Source: Eubacterium sp.
GTDB lineage: Bacteria; Bacillota; Clostridia; Lachnospirales; Lachnospiraceae
Direction: 5' to 3'
Length of the DNA: 64,000 nt
Assembly: GCA_036308545.1 (NCBI GenBank)
Contig: JAXJVN010000005.1
Location: 33,626 to 97,625 of the forward strand
A model generated the notes under the pieces. The model worked only from the letters and a program-made list of their open reading frames with translations. It made no database searches and had not been told where the DNA came from. Positions 1 to 9,572 of the stretch are shown in pieces. How positions within the stretch are numbered: the stretch's first letter is position 1; every line of letters starts with the position of its first letter. The position numbers were made by a program, and so were the translations under genes.

Positions 1-48
1 TAGCATACAAGTCTGACATTGTGAACAATTTAAATAAATTTCCTCCAT
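1..48 (-). CDS. possible 5' end of a Cys-rich (CxxCxxC) protein that runs off the left edge
   Basis: A minus-strand ATG at 48 opens a frame that is still open at position 1 (MEEIYLNCSQCQTCML...). Only 16 codons are visible and there is no Shine-Dalgarno, just an A-run. Confidence 0.2.
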   Translation of the reverse strand, partial: MEEIYLNCSQCQTCML

Positions 49-102
49 TTTTTTTAATATATTTGTTATTTTTACACAAACATTACAGAATTCGCATGAA
101 TC

Positions 103-179
103 TAAAAATACCCGTTCGGAATCTTGCTCATCTTTTCGGCATCGGTGTCAGGGTTTACTTTCCGAAGGCAAGAGGGTAT
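103..179 (-). promoter_or_regulatory. long stem-loop followed by a U-run on the minus strand (attenuator or terminator-like leader element)
   Basis: Stacked helices ATACCC/GGGTAT, TCTTGC/GCAAGA and CTTCGG/CCGAAaAG, followed by TTTTT on the minus strand. It lies between a candidate minus-strand promoter (TTGACA at 205-210) and the ATG at 48. Confidence 0.3.
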
Positions 180-182
180 AAT
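154..182 (+). promoter_or_regulatory. candidate sigma-A promoter for murC
   Basis: TTTACT (154-159), 17-nt spacer, TATAAT (177-182). It would give a leader of about 220 nt before murC. Confidence 0.35.
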
Positions 183-407
183 TTATGTGCTTTTTTGATT
201 ACAGTGTCAAAAACTCTTCTCACATAGCAAGCTTGCTTGCCTATGGGAGTATGAGCTGTTGGCACGCCCACAATGAGTGTAAAGTGCTGCGCAGCAGCAC
301 GAATGCGAATTGTGAGGCGGATTGCGAAAGCTGCACAGCAGCGAAGCAATCCGTATAATCAATTTCAATTACAATATAAGAAAGAGTCTTCAGGTCAGGA
401 GATTATT

Positions 408-1790
408 ATGCATACAATCAATCTGGATCATCCGGAACACATACATTTCATTGGTATCGGCGGGATAAGCATGAGCGGTCTCGCCTCTATTTTGCTCAGC
501 AGAAAGTTCACGGTAACGGGTTCTGACCGCACGCCGTCAGCTCTCACGGAAGAGCTGGAGGCAAAGGGCGCCCATATCATCTACGGACAGAAAGCAGAGA
601 ACATTACTGAGGGCATTGACTGCGTAGTTTACACTGCCGCAATTCACCCGGATAACCCGGAATATGCCGCTGCAAAGAGCATGGGTATTGCCATGCTTTC
701 CCGCGCTGAGCTTTTAGGTCAGATGATGAAGTTTTACGGAACGCCTATCTGCGTATCCGGAACGCATGGCAAGACCACAACGACATCGATTGCTGCCCAC
801 ATCCTGTTGGCAGCTCACAAAGATCCGACCATCTCCGTCGGAGGAATTCTCCCCTTGATTGGAGGAAATATCCGGGTTGGCGGACAAGGTACCTTCCTTA
901 TGGAGGCATGCGAATATACCAACAGCTTCCTGTCCTTCTTCCCCAAGGTTGCCATCATTCTCGACGTGGACGCAGATCATCTGGACTTTTTCAAGGATCT
1001 GGCTGATATTCGTCACTCCTTCCGTCTCTTTGCGGAAAAAGTGCCGGCAGACGGTACTCTGATCATCAACGCAGACGATCCGGCTTACCGCTATCTCAGC
1101 GACGCACTTTCCTGCAGCGTCCTTTCCTATTCTATGAGCGGCAGGGAAGATGCGGACTACACGGCAAAAAATATCACATTTGACACCTATGGCTGCGCCA
1201 GCTTCACCGCTTTGAAGCATGGCCGCATATTAGGCAGCTTTACATTGAAAATACCCGGAGAGCATAACGTCGCAAACTGTCTGGCTGCCATAGCTATGGC
1301 AGACCTCCTGGGAATAAATGCTGAAACGATCCAGGAAGGCCTGAATTCCTTCCATGGAACGGACCGCCGTTTCCAGCTGAAAGGTCATCTGAACGGAGCC
1401 ACTGTTGTTGACGACTATGCCCATCATCCTACTGAAATCCGCGCAACCCTGAAGACAGCCCTCAAGTATCCTCACAAGAAGCTCTGGGTCGTCTTCCAGT
1501 CCCATACCTACTCCAGGACAAAGATGCTGATGAAAGACTTCGCTGATGCCCTTTCCATGGCCGATGAAGTCATCCTTCCGGATATTTTCCCGGCAAGAGA
1601 AAAGCAGGAGGATTTCGGAATTACGTCCAGAGATCTTCAGGCAGAAATCCGGAAGCTGGGAACCGATTGCCGTTATAATCCTTCCTTTGAAGCAATTGAA
1701 GACTTTCTTCGTTCCAATGTAAAAGAAGGAGATCTGGTCATCACCATGGGCGCCGGAAATGTTAACCGGATAGCGGAAGCAATCGTATGA
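408..1790 (+). CDS. murC: UDP-N-acetylmuramate--L-alanine ligase
   Basis: HFIGIGGISMSGLA, GTHGKTTTTS and the Mur ligase C-terminal region are present. I chose the ATG at 408 because AGGAG sits 7 nt upstream; the ORF-track start at 273 is an upstream extension. Confidence 0.95.
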   Translation: MHTINLDHPEHIHFIGIGGISMSGLASILLSRKFTVTGSDRTPSALTEELEAKGAHIIYGQKAENITEGIDCVVYTAAIHPDNPEYAAAKSMGIAMLSRAELLGQMMKFYGTPICVSGTHGKTTTTSIAAHILLAAHKDPTISVGGILPLIGGNIRVGGQGTFLMEACEYTNSFLSFFPKVAIILDVDADHLDFFKDLADIRHSFRLFAEKVPADGTLIINADDPAYRYLSDALSCSVLSYSMSGREDADYTAKNITFDTYGCASFTALKHGRILGSFTLKIPGEHNVANCLAAIAMADLLGINAETIQEGLNSFHGTDRRFQLKGHLNGATVVDDYAHHPTEIRATLKTALKYPHKKLWVVFQSHTYSRTKMLMKDFADALSMADEVILPDIFPAREKQEDFGITSRDLQAEIRKLGTDCRYNPSFEAIEDFLRSNVKEGDLVITMGAGNVNRIAEAIV

Positions 1791-3016
1791 GTAATGTAAG
1801 CATCAGGGATGGCAGGCTCCAGAGAGAGCTGACCATTCTGACAGATATTTTTATAGATGAATATATGGCAAACGCCGATGAGGTTTCTCTGAAAGTCTAT
1901 CTTTTCCTGATCCGTCAGGCCCACAGCAGCGAAGGGCTTTCCTTCTCCCGCATAAAAGATACTCTGGATATATCTGACCGGCAGTTTAAAGATGCTTTGT
2001 CCTTTTGGGAACAGGCCGGTCTCCTCTCTTTTACCTTCCGCAAGGAGCGCGGAAAAGAAAAGATCCAGAATATTGAGCTGCTTCCGGTCCTGCCTCTGGA
2101 AGAAAACGAGACAGCGAGAAATTTTTTTGCCAGTTTGAACAGCACAATTCAAGAAGGAGAACCGGCTCCGGAATCTGCTTCTGACTCCGCTCCAAAAGCG
2201 GAAACCGGGAACAGTTCTGCCGAAAGCATGACAGGCAGAACGCCTTCCGATGAAGCAGGAAAAACCGGAGAATCAGGCCGCAGAGCTGCTACGGAGGAAA
2301 TCCCGGAGCTTTCTTCTTCCAGGATGAAAGAAATCAAGGATTCCAAAGAAGCCCGTCAGATTCTCTTCATCACAGAAGCTTACCTTGGCAAGCCTCTGAC
2401 TACGACCGACATGCGGAGGATTCTCTATCTCTATGATGGTCTTGGTTTTTCTTTTGACCTGATCGATTATCTGACGCAATATTGCGTAAACAAAGGAAAA
2501 ACGAGTCTGCGCTATATTGAAGCAGTCGGTCTTGCCTGGCATCGTCAGGGTATACGCACCCTGGAAGACGCGAAAGCATCAGCGGAATCTTCTGCCGGCA
2601 AACTTCATTATCAGATTTTCAGGTTTTTTGGAATCCGCAGTCACGAACCGACCAAACCGGAAATCCAGATTATGGACCGCTGGACAAAAGAATATGGCTT
2701 TACCTCAGAACTAATCAGTGAAGCTGCAAAACGGACTCTTGCCAAGACACATGAACCCAGTCTTAACTACGCCGACGGTATTCTGACCAGTTGGCACAAA
2801 GCCGGCGCAAAAAATCTGGACGATGTGGCCAGGCTCGACGCCGCCCATAAAGCCGAAACCGCTTATTCCGGCGCAAAGGAAACCTCGGCTTCCCGTTCTT
2901 CCTCTGCCCGTCAGGGAACAGCCAACCGGTTTAATGATTTTTCACAGCGGGATTATAATTACGATGCCATTTCCGGAGAACGGAAATCCGTTCCCAAGAA
3001 AAAACAAACCACGTAA
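1787..3016 (+). CDS. DnaD-domain replication initiation/restart protein (Firmicute DnaB/DnaD type)
   Basis: Two DnaD-like C-terminal repeats (YLTQYCVNKGKTSLRYIEAVGLAWHRQGI; LNYADGILTSWHKAGAKNLDD). Its ATG overlaps the murC stop (ATGA). Confidence 0.85.
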   Translation: MSNVSIRDGRLQRELTILTDIFIDEYMANADEVSLKVYLFLIRQAHSSEGLSFSRIKDTLDISDRQFKDALSFWEQAGLLSFTFRKERGKEKIQNIELLPVLPLEENETARNFFASLNSTIQEGEPAPESASDSAPKAETGNSSAESMTGRTPSDEAGKTGESGRRAATEEIPELSSSRMKEIKDSKEARQILFITEAYLGKPLTTTDMRRILYLYDGLGFSFDLIDYLTQYCVNKGKTSLRYIEAVGLAWHRQGIRTLEDAKASAESSAGKLHYQIFRFFGIRSHEPTKPEIQIMDRWTKEYGFTSELISEAAKRTLAKTHEPSLNYADGILTSWHKAGAKNLDDVARLDAAHKAETAYSGAKETSASRSSSARQGTANRFNDFSQRDYNYDAISGERKSVPKKKQTT

Positions 3017-3125
3017 AAGGAATGATCCGGTTCATTTTGCAATATTTTTTCATTGTATTGAACAGTGGACATATTCTAATATGAAAGAGAGCGGATCATA
3101 CCATAAAAAATGGAAAGGTTTTTCC

Positions 3126-4112
3126 ATGGCACTTACCAATACACAATATGACGCGATTATGCGTATATACAGCCAGCGCCAGTACAAAGCCCGTTACGAA
3201 CAGTCAAAGCGGCTGGAAGAAGTTGCAAAAAAAATTCCCAGAATCCCTGAGATTGATTCTGAAATTGCCTCCCTCTCTGTGCAGAAGGCAAAGTTTCTGC
3301 TGAAAAAATCCGGAGACGATCTGAATCTTGCTTCTTCTCTCTCGCTGCTTGATCAGGAACGGCAGGCACTGCTTAAAATGTACGGCTATCCCGCCGACTA
3401 TCTGGACATGCATTACAGCTGCCCCTTTTGCAAAGATACCGGCTATGTAAATAATCAGAAATGCAGCTGCTTTAAAAAGCTCGAGCTTTCCATGCTCTAT
3501 TCTGCTTCGCACCTGTCGCAGGAAACGGATGGTGAAAGCTTCGATAGTTTTTCCCTCGACCTCTACTCTGCAGAGAAAGGCAATGGCAGCTTATCTGCCA
3601 GGGACCTGGCGGCGGAAGCTTTGAAAGTTTCCAGGGATTTTGTCAGCAGTTTCGACGACAGTTACGAAAACCTGCTGCTAACAGGACCTGTTGGAGTGGG
3701 AAAAAGTTTTTTGTCCCACTGCATTGCACGTTCACTTCTGAATACCGGGCACGGAGTCGTCTATCTTTCGGCTTACGATCTCTTCAGTCTGCTCGGCAGG
3801 TATGAGTTCTCAGGACGGGGCGAGGATCCGGACGATAAAGCCCGTATCCGGGAGTCTCACGCCGCTCTTTTCGACTGCGATCTTCTGGTTATCGATGACC
3901 TGGGCACGGAAGTTTCCAATACATTCACCGTTTCCCAGCTCTTCCTGATCATGAACGACCGTTTTACCGCCAGAAAGCCCGTCGTTCTGTCAACCAATCT
4001 CACGCTGAATGAGATCCGTAATAAATATTCTGAAAGAATCGCATCCCGCATTGCCGGCAGTTACACAATTCTGCGAATGGCAGGAGACGATATCCGAATC
4101 CGTAAACATTAG
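3126..4112 (+). CDS. DnaI/DnaC-family helicase-loader ATPase
   Basis: Walker A LTGPVGVGKSF, Walker B LLVIDDLGTE, and an N-terminal CPFCKDTGY..CSC zinc module. Start taken at MALTNTQYD, preceded by GGAAAGG. Confidence 0.85.
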   Translation: MALTNTQYDAIMRIYSQRQYKARYEQSKRLEEVAKKIPRIPEIDSEIASLSVQKAKFLLKKSGDDLNLASSLSLLDQERQALLKMYGYPADYLDMHYSCPFCKDTGYVNNQKCSCFKKLELSMLYSASHLSQETDGESFDSFSLDLYSAEKGNGSLSARDLAAEALKVSRDFVSSFDDSYENLLLTGPVGVGKSFLSHCIARSLLNTGHGVVYLSAYDLFSLLGRYEFSGRGEDPDDKARIRESHAALFDCDLLVIDDLGTEVSNTFTVSQLFLIMNDRFTARKPVVLSTNLTLNEIRNKYSERIASRIAGSYTILRMAGDDIRIRKH

Positions 4113-4160
4113 TTCATCTGCTATCAGAAACCTGCATCTTATTAGGAGGGAAGCAAAACA

Positions 4161-5345
4161 ATGGCTGACAAACGCAACTACTATGATTCACTTCCGATTG
4201 GACGGCTTGGTATCCTGCCCACAAAAAGCTGTGCCGGACTTGCCAAAAAAGTCGACAATTATCTGGTCAAATGGCGTCATGACAGAGAATCCGCTCACAA
4301 AGATTCTCCTTCCGTAGCCGGTTATGAGAGAGATACTTACATCGTTCAGGCAGAATGCCCCCGTTTCGGATCCGGCGAAGCCAAAGGCGTGATCAATGAA
4401 TCCGTCCGCGGTGATGATATCTATATCATGGTAGACGTAACCAACTACTCCCTTACTTATCCCCTTTATGGCCACGAGAACCATATGTCTCCGGACGACC
4501 ACTACCAGGATCTTAAGAGACTGATTGCGGCAATCGGAGGAAAAGCCCACCGCATCAACGTCATCATGCCCTTCCTTTACGAAAGCCGTCAGCATAAGCG
4601 TTCCGGAAGAGAGTCTCTCGACTGTGCCATGGCTCTGCAGGAACTGACGGATATGGGTGTGGATAACATCATCACCTTCGACGCGCATGATCCGCGTGTT
4701 CAGAACTCAATTCCGCTCCACGGTTTCGAAACCATCCGTCCGTCCTATCAGTTTATCAAAAACATCCTCCGCCATGCGGACAAGGACATGCAGCTTGACT
4801 CTGATCACCTTATGGTCATCAGCCCGGACGTCGGCGCCATGGAACGCGCCATCTACATTGCCAACAATATCGGCGTAGATATGGGTATGTTCTATAAAAG
4901 AAGAGATTATTCCACCGTCGTCAACGGCAAAAATCCCATCGTTGCTCATGAGTTCCTGGGCGCAGACGTTGCCGGAAAAGATATGATCATCGTTGATGAT
5001 ATGATTGCCTCAGGCGAATCCATGCTGGAAGTTGCCAGGATGCTCAAAGAAAAGGGTGCAAAAAACATCTACATGTGTTCAACCTTCGGTCTCTTCACCA
5101 ACGGTCTGAAAAGCTTCGATGAAGCTTACCGGAAAGGCTACTTCACTAAGCTTGTAACCACAAACCTGGTGTATCAGACGCCCGAACTTCTCACCCGTCC
5201 TTATTACATCAGCTGCGATATGAGCAAATACATCGCCCTGCTCATCGACACCCTCAACCACGACGCATCCATCAGCTCCCTGCTCGATCCGGTAGAACGC
5301 ATCCAGAAGGTACTGAAAAAATTCAACAGCCACGAAACCATATAA
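4161..5345 (+). CDS. prs: ribose-phosphate pyrophosphokinase, long form (394 aa)
   Basis: PRPP-binding loop IIVDDMIASGESM, the Prs N-terminal domain pattern, and an AGGAGGGAAG Shine-Dalgarno. Confidence 0.9.
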   Translation: MADKRNYYDSLPIGRLGILPTKSCAGLAKKVDNYLVKWRHDRESAHKDSPSVAGYERDTYIVQAECPRFGSGEAKGVINESVRGDDIYIMVDVTNYSLTYPLYGHENHMSPDDHYQDLKRLIAAIGGKAHRINVIMPFLYESRQHKRSGRESLDCAMALQELTDMGVDNIITFDAHDPRVQNSIPLHGFETIRPSYQFIKNILRHADKDMQLDSDHLMVISPDVGAMERAIYIANNIGVDMGMFYKRRDYSTVVNGKNPIVAHEFLGADVAGKDMIIVDDMIASGESMLEVARMLKEKGAKNIYMCSTFGLFTNGLKSFDEAYRKGYFTKLVTTNLVYQTPELLTRPYYISCDMSKYIALLIDTLNHDASISSLLDPVERIQKVLKKFNSHETI

Positions 5346-5370
5346 GCACGTAAGCTGTCGATGATAAAAA

Positions 5371-5412
5371 GGCACCGTGCAAAGCCGCAAGGCCTTGCAC
5401 GGTGCTTTTTTA
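5371..5412 (+). terminator. rho-independent terminator of prs
   Basis: GCACCGTGCAA / TTGCACGGTGC stem followed by TTTTTT. Confidence 0.8.
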
Positions 5413-5539
5413 TCCAGCGACGCAACGGACATGAGTACGTAGGCCGATAGGCAGAAGTACGAATGGACGAGAGGATTTCGAGAGTTCCGAAGGAACGGAG
5501 AAATCCGTAAGCTTATGCGCGTACCTGCACATCAGTCGC

Positions 5540-5591
5540 AAAAAGAAGGGCCACACGCAAACTCCGAAGGAGCCTACATGCGGCCTTTTTT
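5540..5591 (-). terminator. rho-independent terminator of typA
   Basis: On the minus-strand RNA this forms a 17-bp stem made only of Watson-Crick and G-U pairs with a UUCG loop, followed by CUUCUUUUU. The same stem on the plus strand would contain A-C mismatches. Confidence 0.75.
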
Positions 5592-7427
5592 TTACTGTTT
5601 TCTTGAAATCATTTCTCTTTTGCGCAGTCTGGAATCCAGCTGTTTCTTGCGGATTCGGAGGCTCTTGGGTGTAACCTCCAGCAGCTCGTCGCTGTCGATA
5701 AATTCCATAGCGTCTTCCAAAGAAAGAATCCTTGGAGGAGTCAGGGTCAGTGCCTCATCTGAGGAGGAAGTACGGGTATTGGTCAGATGCTTGGTCTTGC
5801 AGACGTTCAGCTCAATGTCTTCCGGCTTCGCGCACTCTCCGATCACCATTCCGGAATAGACCTTTTCACCGGGTCCGATGAAAAGAGTACCCCTCTGCTG
5901 CGCCTGGAAAAGCCCATAAGTGACGGAGACGCCCGGCTCAAATGCAATCAGGGAACCCTGCTTGCGGAAGTTAATTTCACCCGCATAAGGACCATACTCA
6001 TCGAAGATCGTATTGAGTACGCCGGTCCCCTTTGTCATTGTCATAAAATTGCCGCGGAATCCAATCAGACCCCTGGACGGGATACGGAACTCCAGCCTGG
6101 TCGTTCCGCCTTCACCGACGCTCATGCCCTGCAGCTCGCCCTTTCTCTCGGACAGGCGCTGAATGACAGCGCCGGAAAACTCATCTGCTACGTCAATATA
6201 AGCCAATTCGTAAGGCTCCAGCTTGTGCCCTCTCTCATCCGTCTTATAAATAACTTCTGCTTTACTTACTGCAAATTCATATCCCTCGCGGCGCATTTCC
6301 TCAATCAGAACGGACAGATGGAGCTCGCCTCTGCCGGAAACCTTGAAGCAGTCAGCAGAGTCAGTCTCTTCTACACGAAGACTGACATCCGTGTTCAGTT
6401 CACGGAAAAGACGGTCTCTGATATGTCTGGAAGTAACATAGGTTCCTTCCTGTCCTGCGAGAGGAGAATCGTTGACGACGAAGTTCATGGAAATAGTCGG
6501 GTCTTCAATCTTCTGGAAAGGAATGGGCTGCGGGTTCTCTAGGTCACAGAGGGTATCTCCGATATGGATATCCGCAATACCGGAAACCGCTACGATATCC
6601 CCGATCTCGCACTCTTTGACGTCAACCTTCTGAAGGCCGTCAAACTCATAGAGCTTGCTGATTTTTACTTTTTCTTTTTTATCCGGATCGTGATGATTCA
6701 TCAGGAGAACTTCCTGATTGACTGCCAGCTTTCCGTTATCCAGTTTGCCGATGCCGATACGGCCTACATATTCATTGTAGTCGATCGTAGAAATTAAAAG
6801 CTGGGTCCCCGCGTCCGGATCGCCTTCCGGTGCCGGAATATATTTCAGAATAGCCTCGAACAGAGGGGTCATATCCTTTGGTTCGTCTTCTGGCTCATTA
6901 ATGGCATAGCCATCCTTGGAAGAAGCATAAATGAACGGCGCATCAAGCTGCTCATCGGAAGCGCCCAGATCCATGAGAAGCTCCAGAACCTCATCAACGA
7001 CTTCCTTAGGCCTTGCATTTGGCTTATCAATCTTGTTGATGCAGACGATTACCTTCAGGTCCAGCGCCAGAGCCTTCTGCAGAACGAATCTTGTCTGCGG
7101 CATAGGGCCCTCAAAAGCATCGACCAGCAGAATAACGCCATTTACCATCTTCAGGACACGTTCTACCTCCCCTCCGAAGTCAGCATGTCCGGGCGTGTCA
7201 ATGATATTGATCTTGACGTCCTTGTAATGGACAGCCGTATTCTTGGAAAGGATGGTGATACCACGCTCACGCTCGATATCGCCGGAGTCCATGACTCTTT
7301 CCTGAACTTCCTGATTATCACGGAATACGCCGCTCTGTCTCAACAGCTTATCTACCAACGTAGTCTTGCCATGATCGACATGGGCAATGATTGCTACGTT
7401 TCTGATATTTTCCTTTACCTGCTTCAT
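5592..7427 (-). CDS. typA: translational GTPase TypA/BipA
   Basis: AIIAHVDHGKTTLVD, DTPGHADF and NKID, with an EF-G-like domain order. Confidence 0.95.
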   Translation of the reverse strand: MKQVKENIRNVAIIAHVDHGKTTLVDKLLRQSGVFRDNQEVQERVMDSGDIERERGITILSKNTAVHYKDVKINIIDTPGHADFGGEVERVLKMVNGVILLVDAFEGPMPQTRFVLQKALALDLKVIVCINKIDKPNARPKEVVDEVLELLMDLGASDEQLDAPFIYASSKDGYAINEPEDEPKDMTPLFEAILKYIPAPEGDPDAGTQLLISTIDYNEYVGRIGIGKLDNGKLAVNQEVLLMNHHDPDKKEKVKISKLYEFDGLQKVDVKECEIGDIVAVSGIADIHIGDTLCDLENPQPIPFQKIEDPTISMNFVVNDSPLAGQEGTYVTSRHIRDRLFRELNTDVSLRVEETDSADCFKVSGRGELHLSVLIEEMRREGYEFAVSKAEVIYKTDERGHKLEPYELAYIDVADEFSGAVIQRLSERKGELQGMSVGEGGTTRLEFRIPSRGLIGFRGNFMTMTKGTGVLNTIFDEYGPYAGEINFRKQGSLIAFEPGVSVTYGLFQAQQRGTLFIGPGEKVYSGMVIGECAKPEDIELNVCKTKHLTNTRTSSSDEALTLTPPRILSLEDAMEFIDSDELLEVTPKSLRIRKKQLDSRLRKREMISRKQ

Positions 7428-7540
7428 TTTTACTTCCTCTTCCTGAAAAAACGTCAGCTGTAACGGCTTTTAATAATCTCTTTCTTCGCAACTCATATAT
7501 ATTAGCATAAGCCTTTTGACATGGAAAGATTTTTTTTCAA

Positions 7541-7582
7541 ATACAAAAAGCGCATGACGGAGTGTTCTCTCCTGCGTGCGCT
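7541..7582 (-). terminator. probable terminator of the ABC transporter operon
   Basis: AGCGCA.../...TGCGCT stem with an internal mismatch, followed by TTTTTGTATTT on the minus strand. Confidence 0.5.
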
Positions 7583-7661
7583 TTTATATTGTATCATTTT
7601 AAAATCGTATTTTCGTGTTTCCGCTTAAACTATATTGCCGGATATCTTCCATCCCGGATTT

Positions 7662-8471
7662 TTATTCTTCTCCTCTTGAAAGCAAAATGCGATCATTATT
7701 AAATTCTTTACCGGTCCCTTTCTGAAAGAGGGAGACCAGGTCAGTTACCGTCATGCTGCTTCTTTTTTCTCCGCTGATGTCGAGTACAATCTTTCCATCG
7801 TTCATCATGAGCGTACGATTTCCAACATCCAGAGCCTGGTTCATATTATGTGTGACCATGAGGCAGGTGATCTGATTCTCTTTCACGATTTTTTCGGTCA
7901 GCTTCATGACCTTGGCTGCCGAACCCGGATCCAGAGCTGCCGTATGCTCGTCCAAAAGCAGGATCTTCGGTTTGACCATGGTAGCCATGAGCAGGGTCAG
8001 TGCCTGTCTCTGACCGCCGGAAAGCAGTCCAACCGGATTCTTCATGCGATCTTCCAGTCCCATATTCAGCATGGCAAGCTGTTCCCGGAAAAGTTCTCTC
8101 TCCTTCTTATTTATACGGCTGAGTCCCATATGATGCCCGGAAGCACGCATATAGGCGATTGCCAGATTTTCTTCGATATTCATATGAGGAGCGGTGCCCA
8201 TAAGAGGATCCTGAAAGAGTCTTCCAATATAGACGCTGCGCCTGTGTTCCGGAACAAAGGTGATGTCCCGGTCATCCAGAGCTATGCTGCCCCGGTCCGG
8301 ATAGAAGCTTCCTGCTATAGCATTGAAAAGCGTCGATTTTCCTGCACCATTAGAACCGACGATGGTTGCGAAATCTCCATCTTCCAGTTTCAGGTTCAGG
8401 CCGGTCAGGGCTTTCTTTTCGTTAACGGTTCCCTTATTAAAGGTTTTTTCGAGATTTTTTATTTCCAGCAT
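7662..8471 (-). CDS. ABC transporter ATP-binding protein
   Basis: Walker A GSNGAGKST, signature LSGGQRQ and Walker B LLLDEHTAALD. Confidence 0.9.
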   Translation of the reverse strand: MLEIKNLEKTFNKGTVNEKKALTGLNLKLEDGDFATIVGSNGAGKSTLFNAIAGSFYPDRGSIALDDRDITFVPEHRRSVYIGRLFQDPLMGTAPHMNIEENLAIAYMRASGHHMGLSRINKKERELFREQLAMLNMGLEDRMKNPVGLLSGGQRQALTLLMATMVKPKILLLDEHTAALDPGSAAKVMKLTEKIVKENQITCLMVTHNMNQALDVGNRTLMMNDGKIVLDISGEKRSSMTVTDLVSLFQKGTGKEFNNDRILLSRGEE

Positions 8472-9409
8472 CAGATATCCCTCCCCTGTTTCTCTTTTCT
8501 GTTCAGGTTTCTCTGACGGATTTTCTTGCTGCGAAGGCTGATCATCTGCCGGATGCCCGGAATCATAAGAGCAATCGCTACGATCAGAGCGGAAACCAGT
8601 TTGAATGCCTCCGTCGGGATATTCAGCCTCAGTGCCGCCGACATGACAAAGCGGTAGGCGCAGGATCCGACAACGGCGCCTAAGAGCCGTACAGGCATGC
8701 TGCCCTTATGAAAAAACATCTCCCCGATGACCAGAGACGCAAGCGCCACCGTGACCATTCCGGTTCCCAGATTGATATCGCAGCTTAAATTGTACTGGCC
8801 GATCAGAGCTCCGGCCAGGCCGGTCAGAGAGTTTGAGATGCAAAGTCCGATTACAACCATTCCGGAGGGATTTATGGAAGATGCCCTTACCATTGCCGGA
8901 CTGTCTCCGGTTGCCCGGATGGAAAGACCAAGCCTTGTTCCCAGGAAGAGATGAAGCAGGGTGCAGACTGCAAGCACGATCAGGGCCAGCAGGATCAGCG
9001 TCCGGAATGTTTTTCCTCCGGTACCGCCTCCTGCGCTCTCTACCATATCAAAGATGGTAGCAGATCCGAACATGGAAAGATTAGAGGAAAAGCCCATGAC
9101 TGCAAGATTCACCGTATAAAGCCCCGTATTGACGATAATTCCCGCCAGAATGCTTTCTACATGAAAGACTGTCTGCAGCATTGCCGTGGCGAAGCCGGAG
9201 CAGACGCCTGCAGCCATCCCGGCAAAAACAGCCAGGATCGGATGTCCGGCAATGGCAACGACTGCCCCTACTGCGCACCCCAGAGTATAACAGCCGTCTG
9301 TGGACAGGTCGCAGATATTCAGGATGCTGTAGCTGATAAAAAGGGACAGGGTCACCAGAGAATAAATTAATCCTAGTTCCAGCGCCGTCTGTACAATCTG
9401 CATGGTCAT
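8471..9409 (-). CDS. ABC transporter permease
   Basis: Polytopic hydrophobic protein. Its stop overlaps the start of the ATPase gene. Confidence 0.9.
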   Translation of the reverse strand: MTMQIVQTALELGLIYSLVTLSLFISYSILNICDLSTDGCYTLGCAVGAVVAIAGHPILAVFAGMAAGVCSGFATAMLQTVFHVESILAGIIVNTGLYTVNLAVMGFSSNLSMFGSATIFDMVESAGGGTGGKTFRTLILLALIVLAVCTLLHLFLGTRLGLSIRATGDSPAMVRASSINPSGMVVIGLCISNSLTGLAGALIGQYNLSCDINLGTGMVTVALASLVIGEMFFHKGSMPVRLLGAVVGSCAYRFVMSAALRLNIPTEAFKLVSALIVAIALMIPGIRQMISLRSKKIRQRNLNRKEKQGRDI

Positions 9410-9572
9410 TTGCGGGTTCCTCCTGCTATTTTTTTACACTTGCATAGCTTATCTTTACAGCAGTACAGCGGATCGAAAAAAACGATCCGCCGTATCCACC
9501 ATAAGGTTCCGATTGTTATTTAAGTATACACCGGTATAAACAGTTTAATCCAATTTACTTCATCCAGTCAAA

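Noticed and set aside
21-227. A 68-aa plus-strand ORF at the left edge (frame open from position 3)
   Set aside because: It is an AT-rich, Phe/Leu/Ile-rich translation running through promoter-like and hairpin sequence, with no SD.
273-407. N-terminal extensions of ORF-track models (murC 273, dnaI-like 2823, rpoB 21276, rpoC 17113, rplA 23458, dapA 12896, ybaK 53126, MMPL 54888, thiT 61952, AraC 30244, URO-D 41769, GPH 38147)
   Set aside because: In each case an internal start is preceded by a good Shine-Dalgarno and matches the conserved family N-terminus. The upstream extensions run through promoters, leaders or upstream genes.
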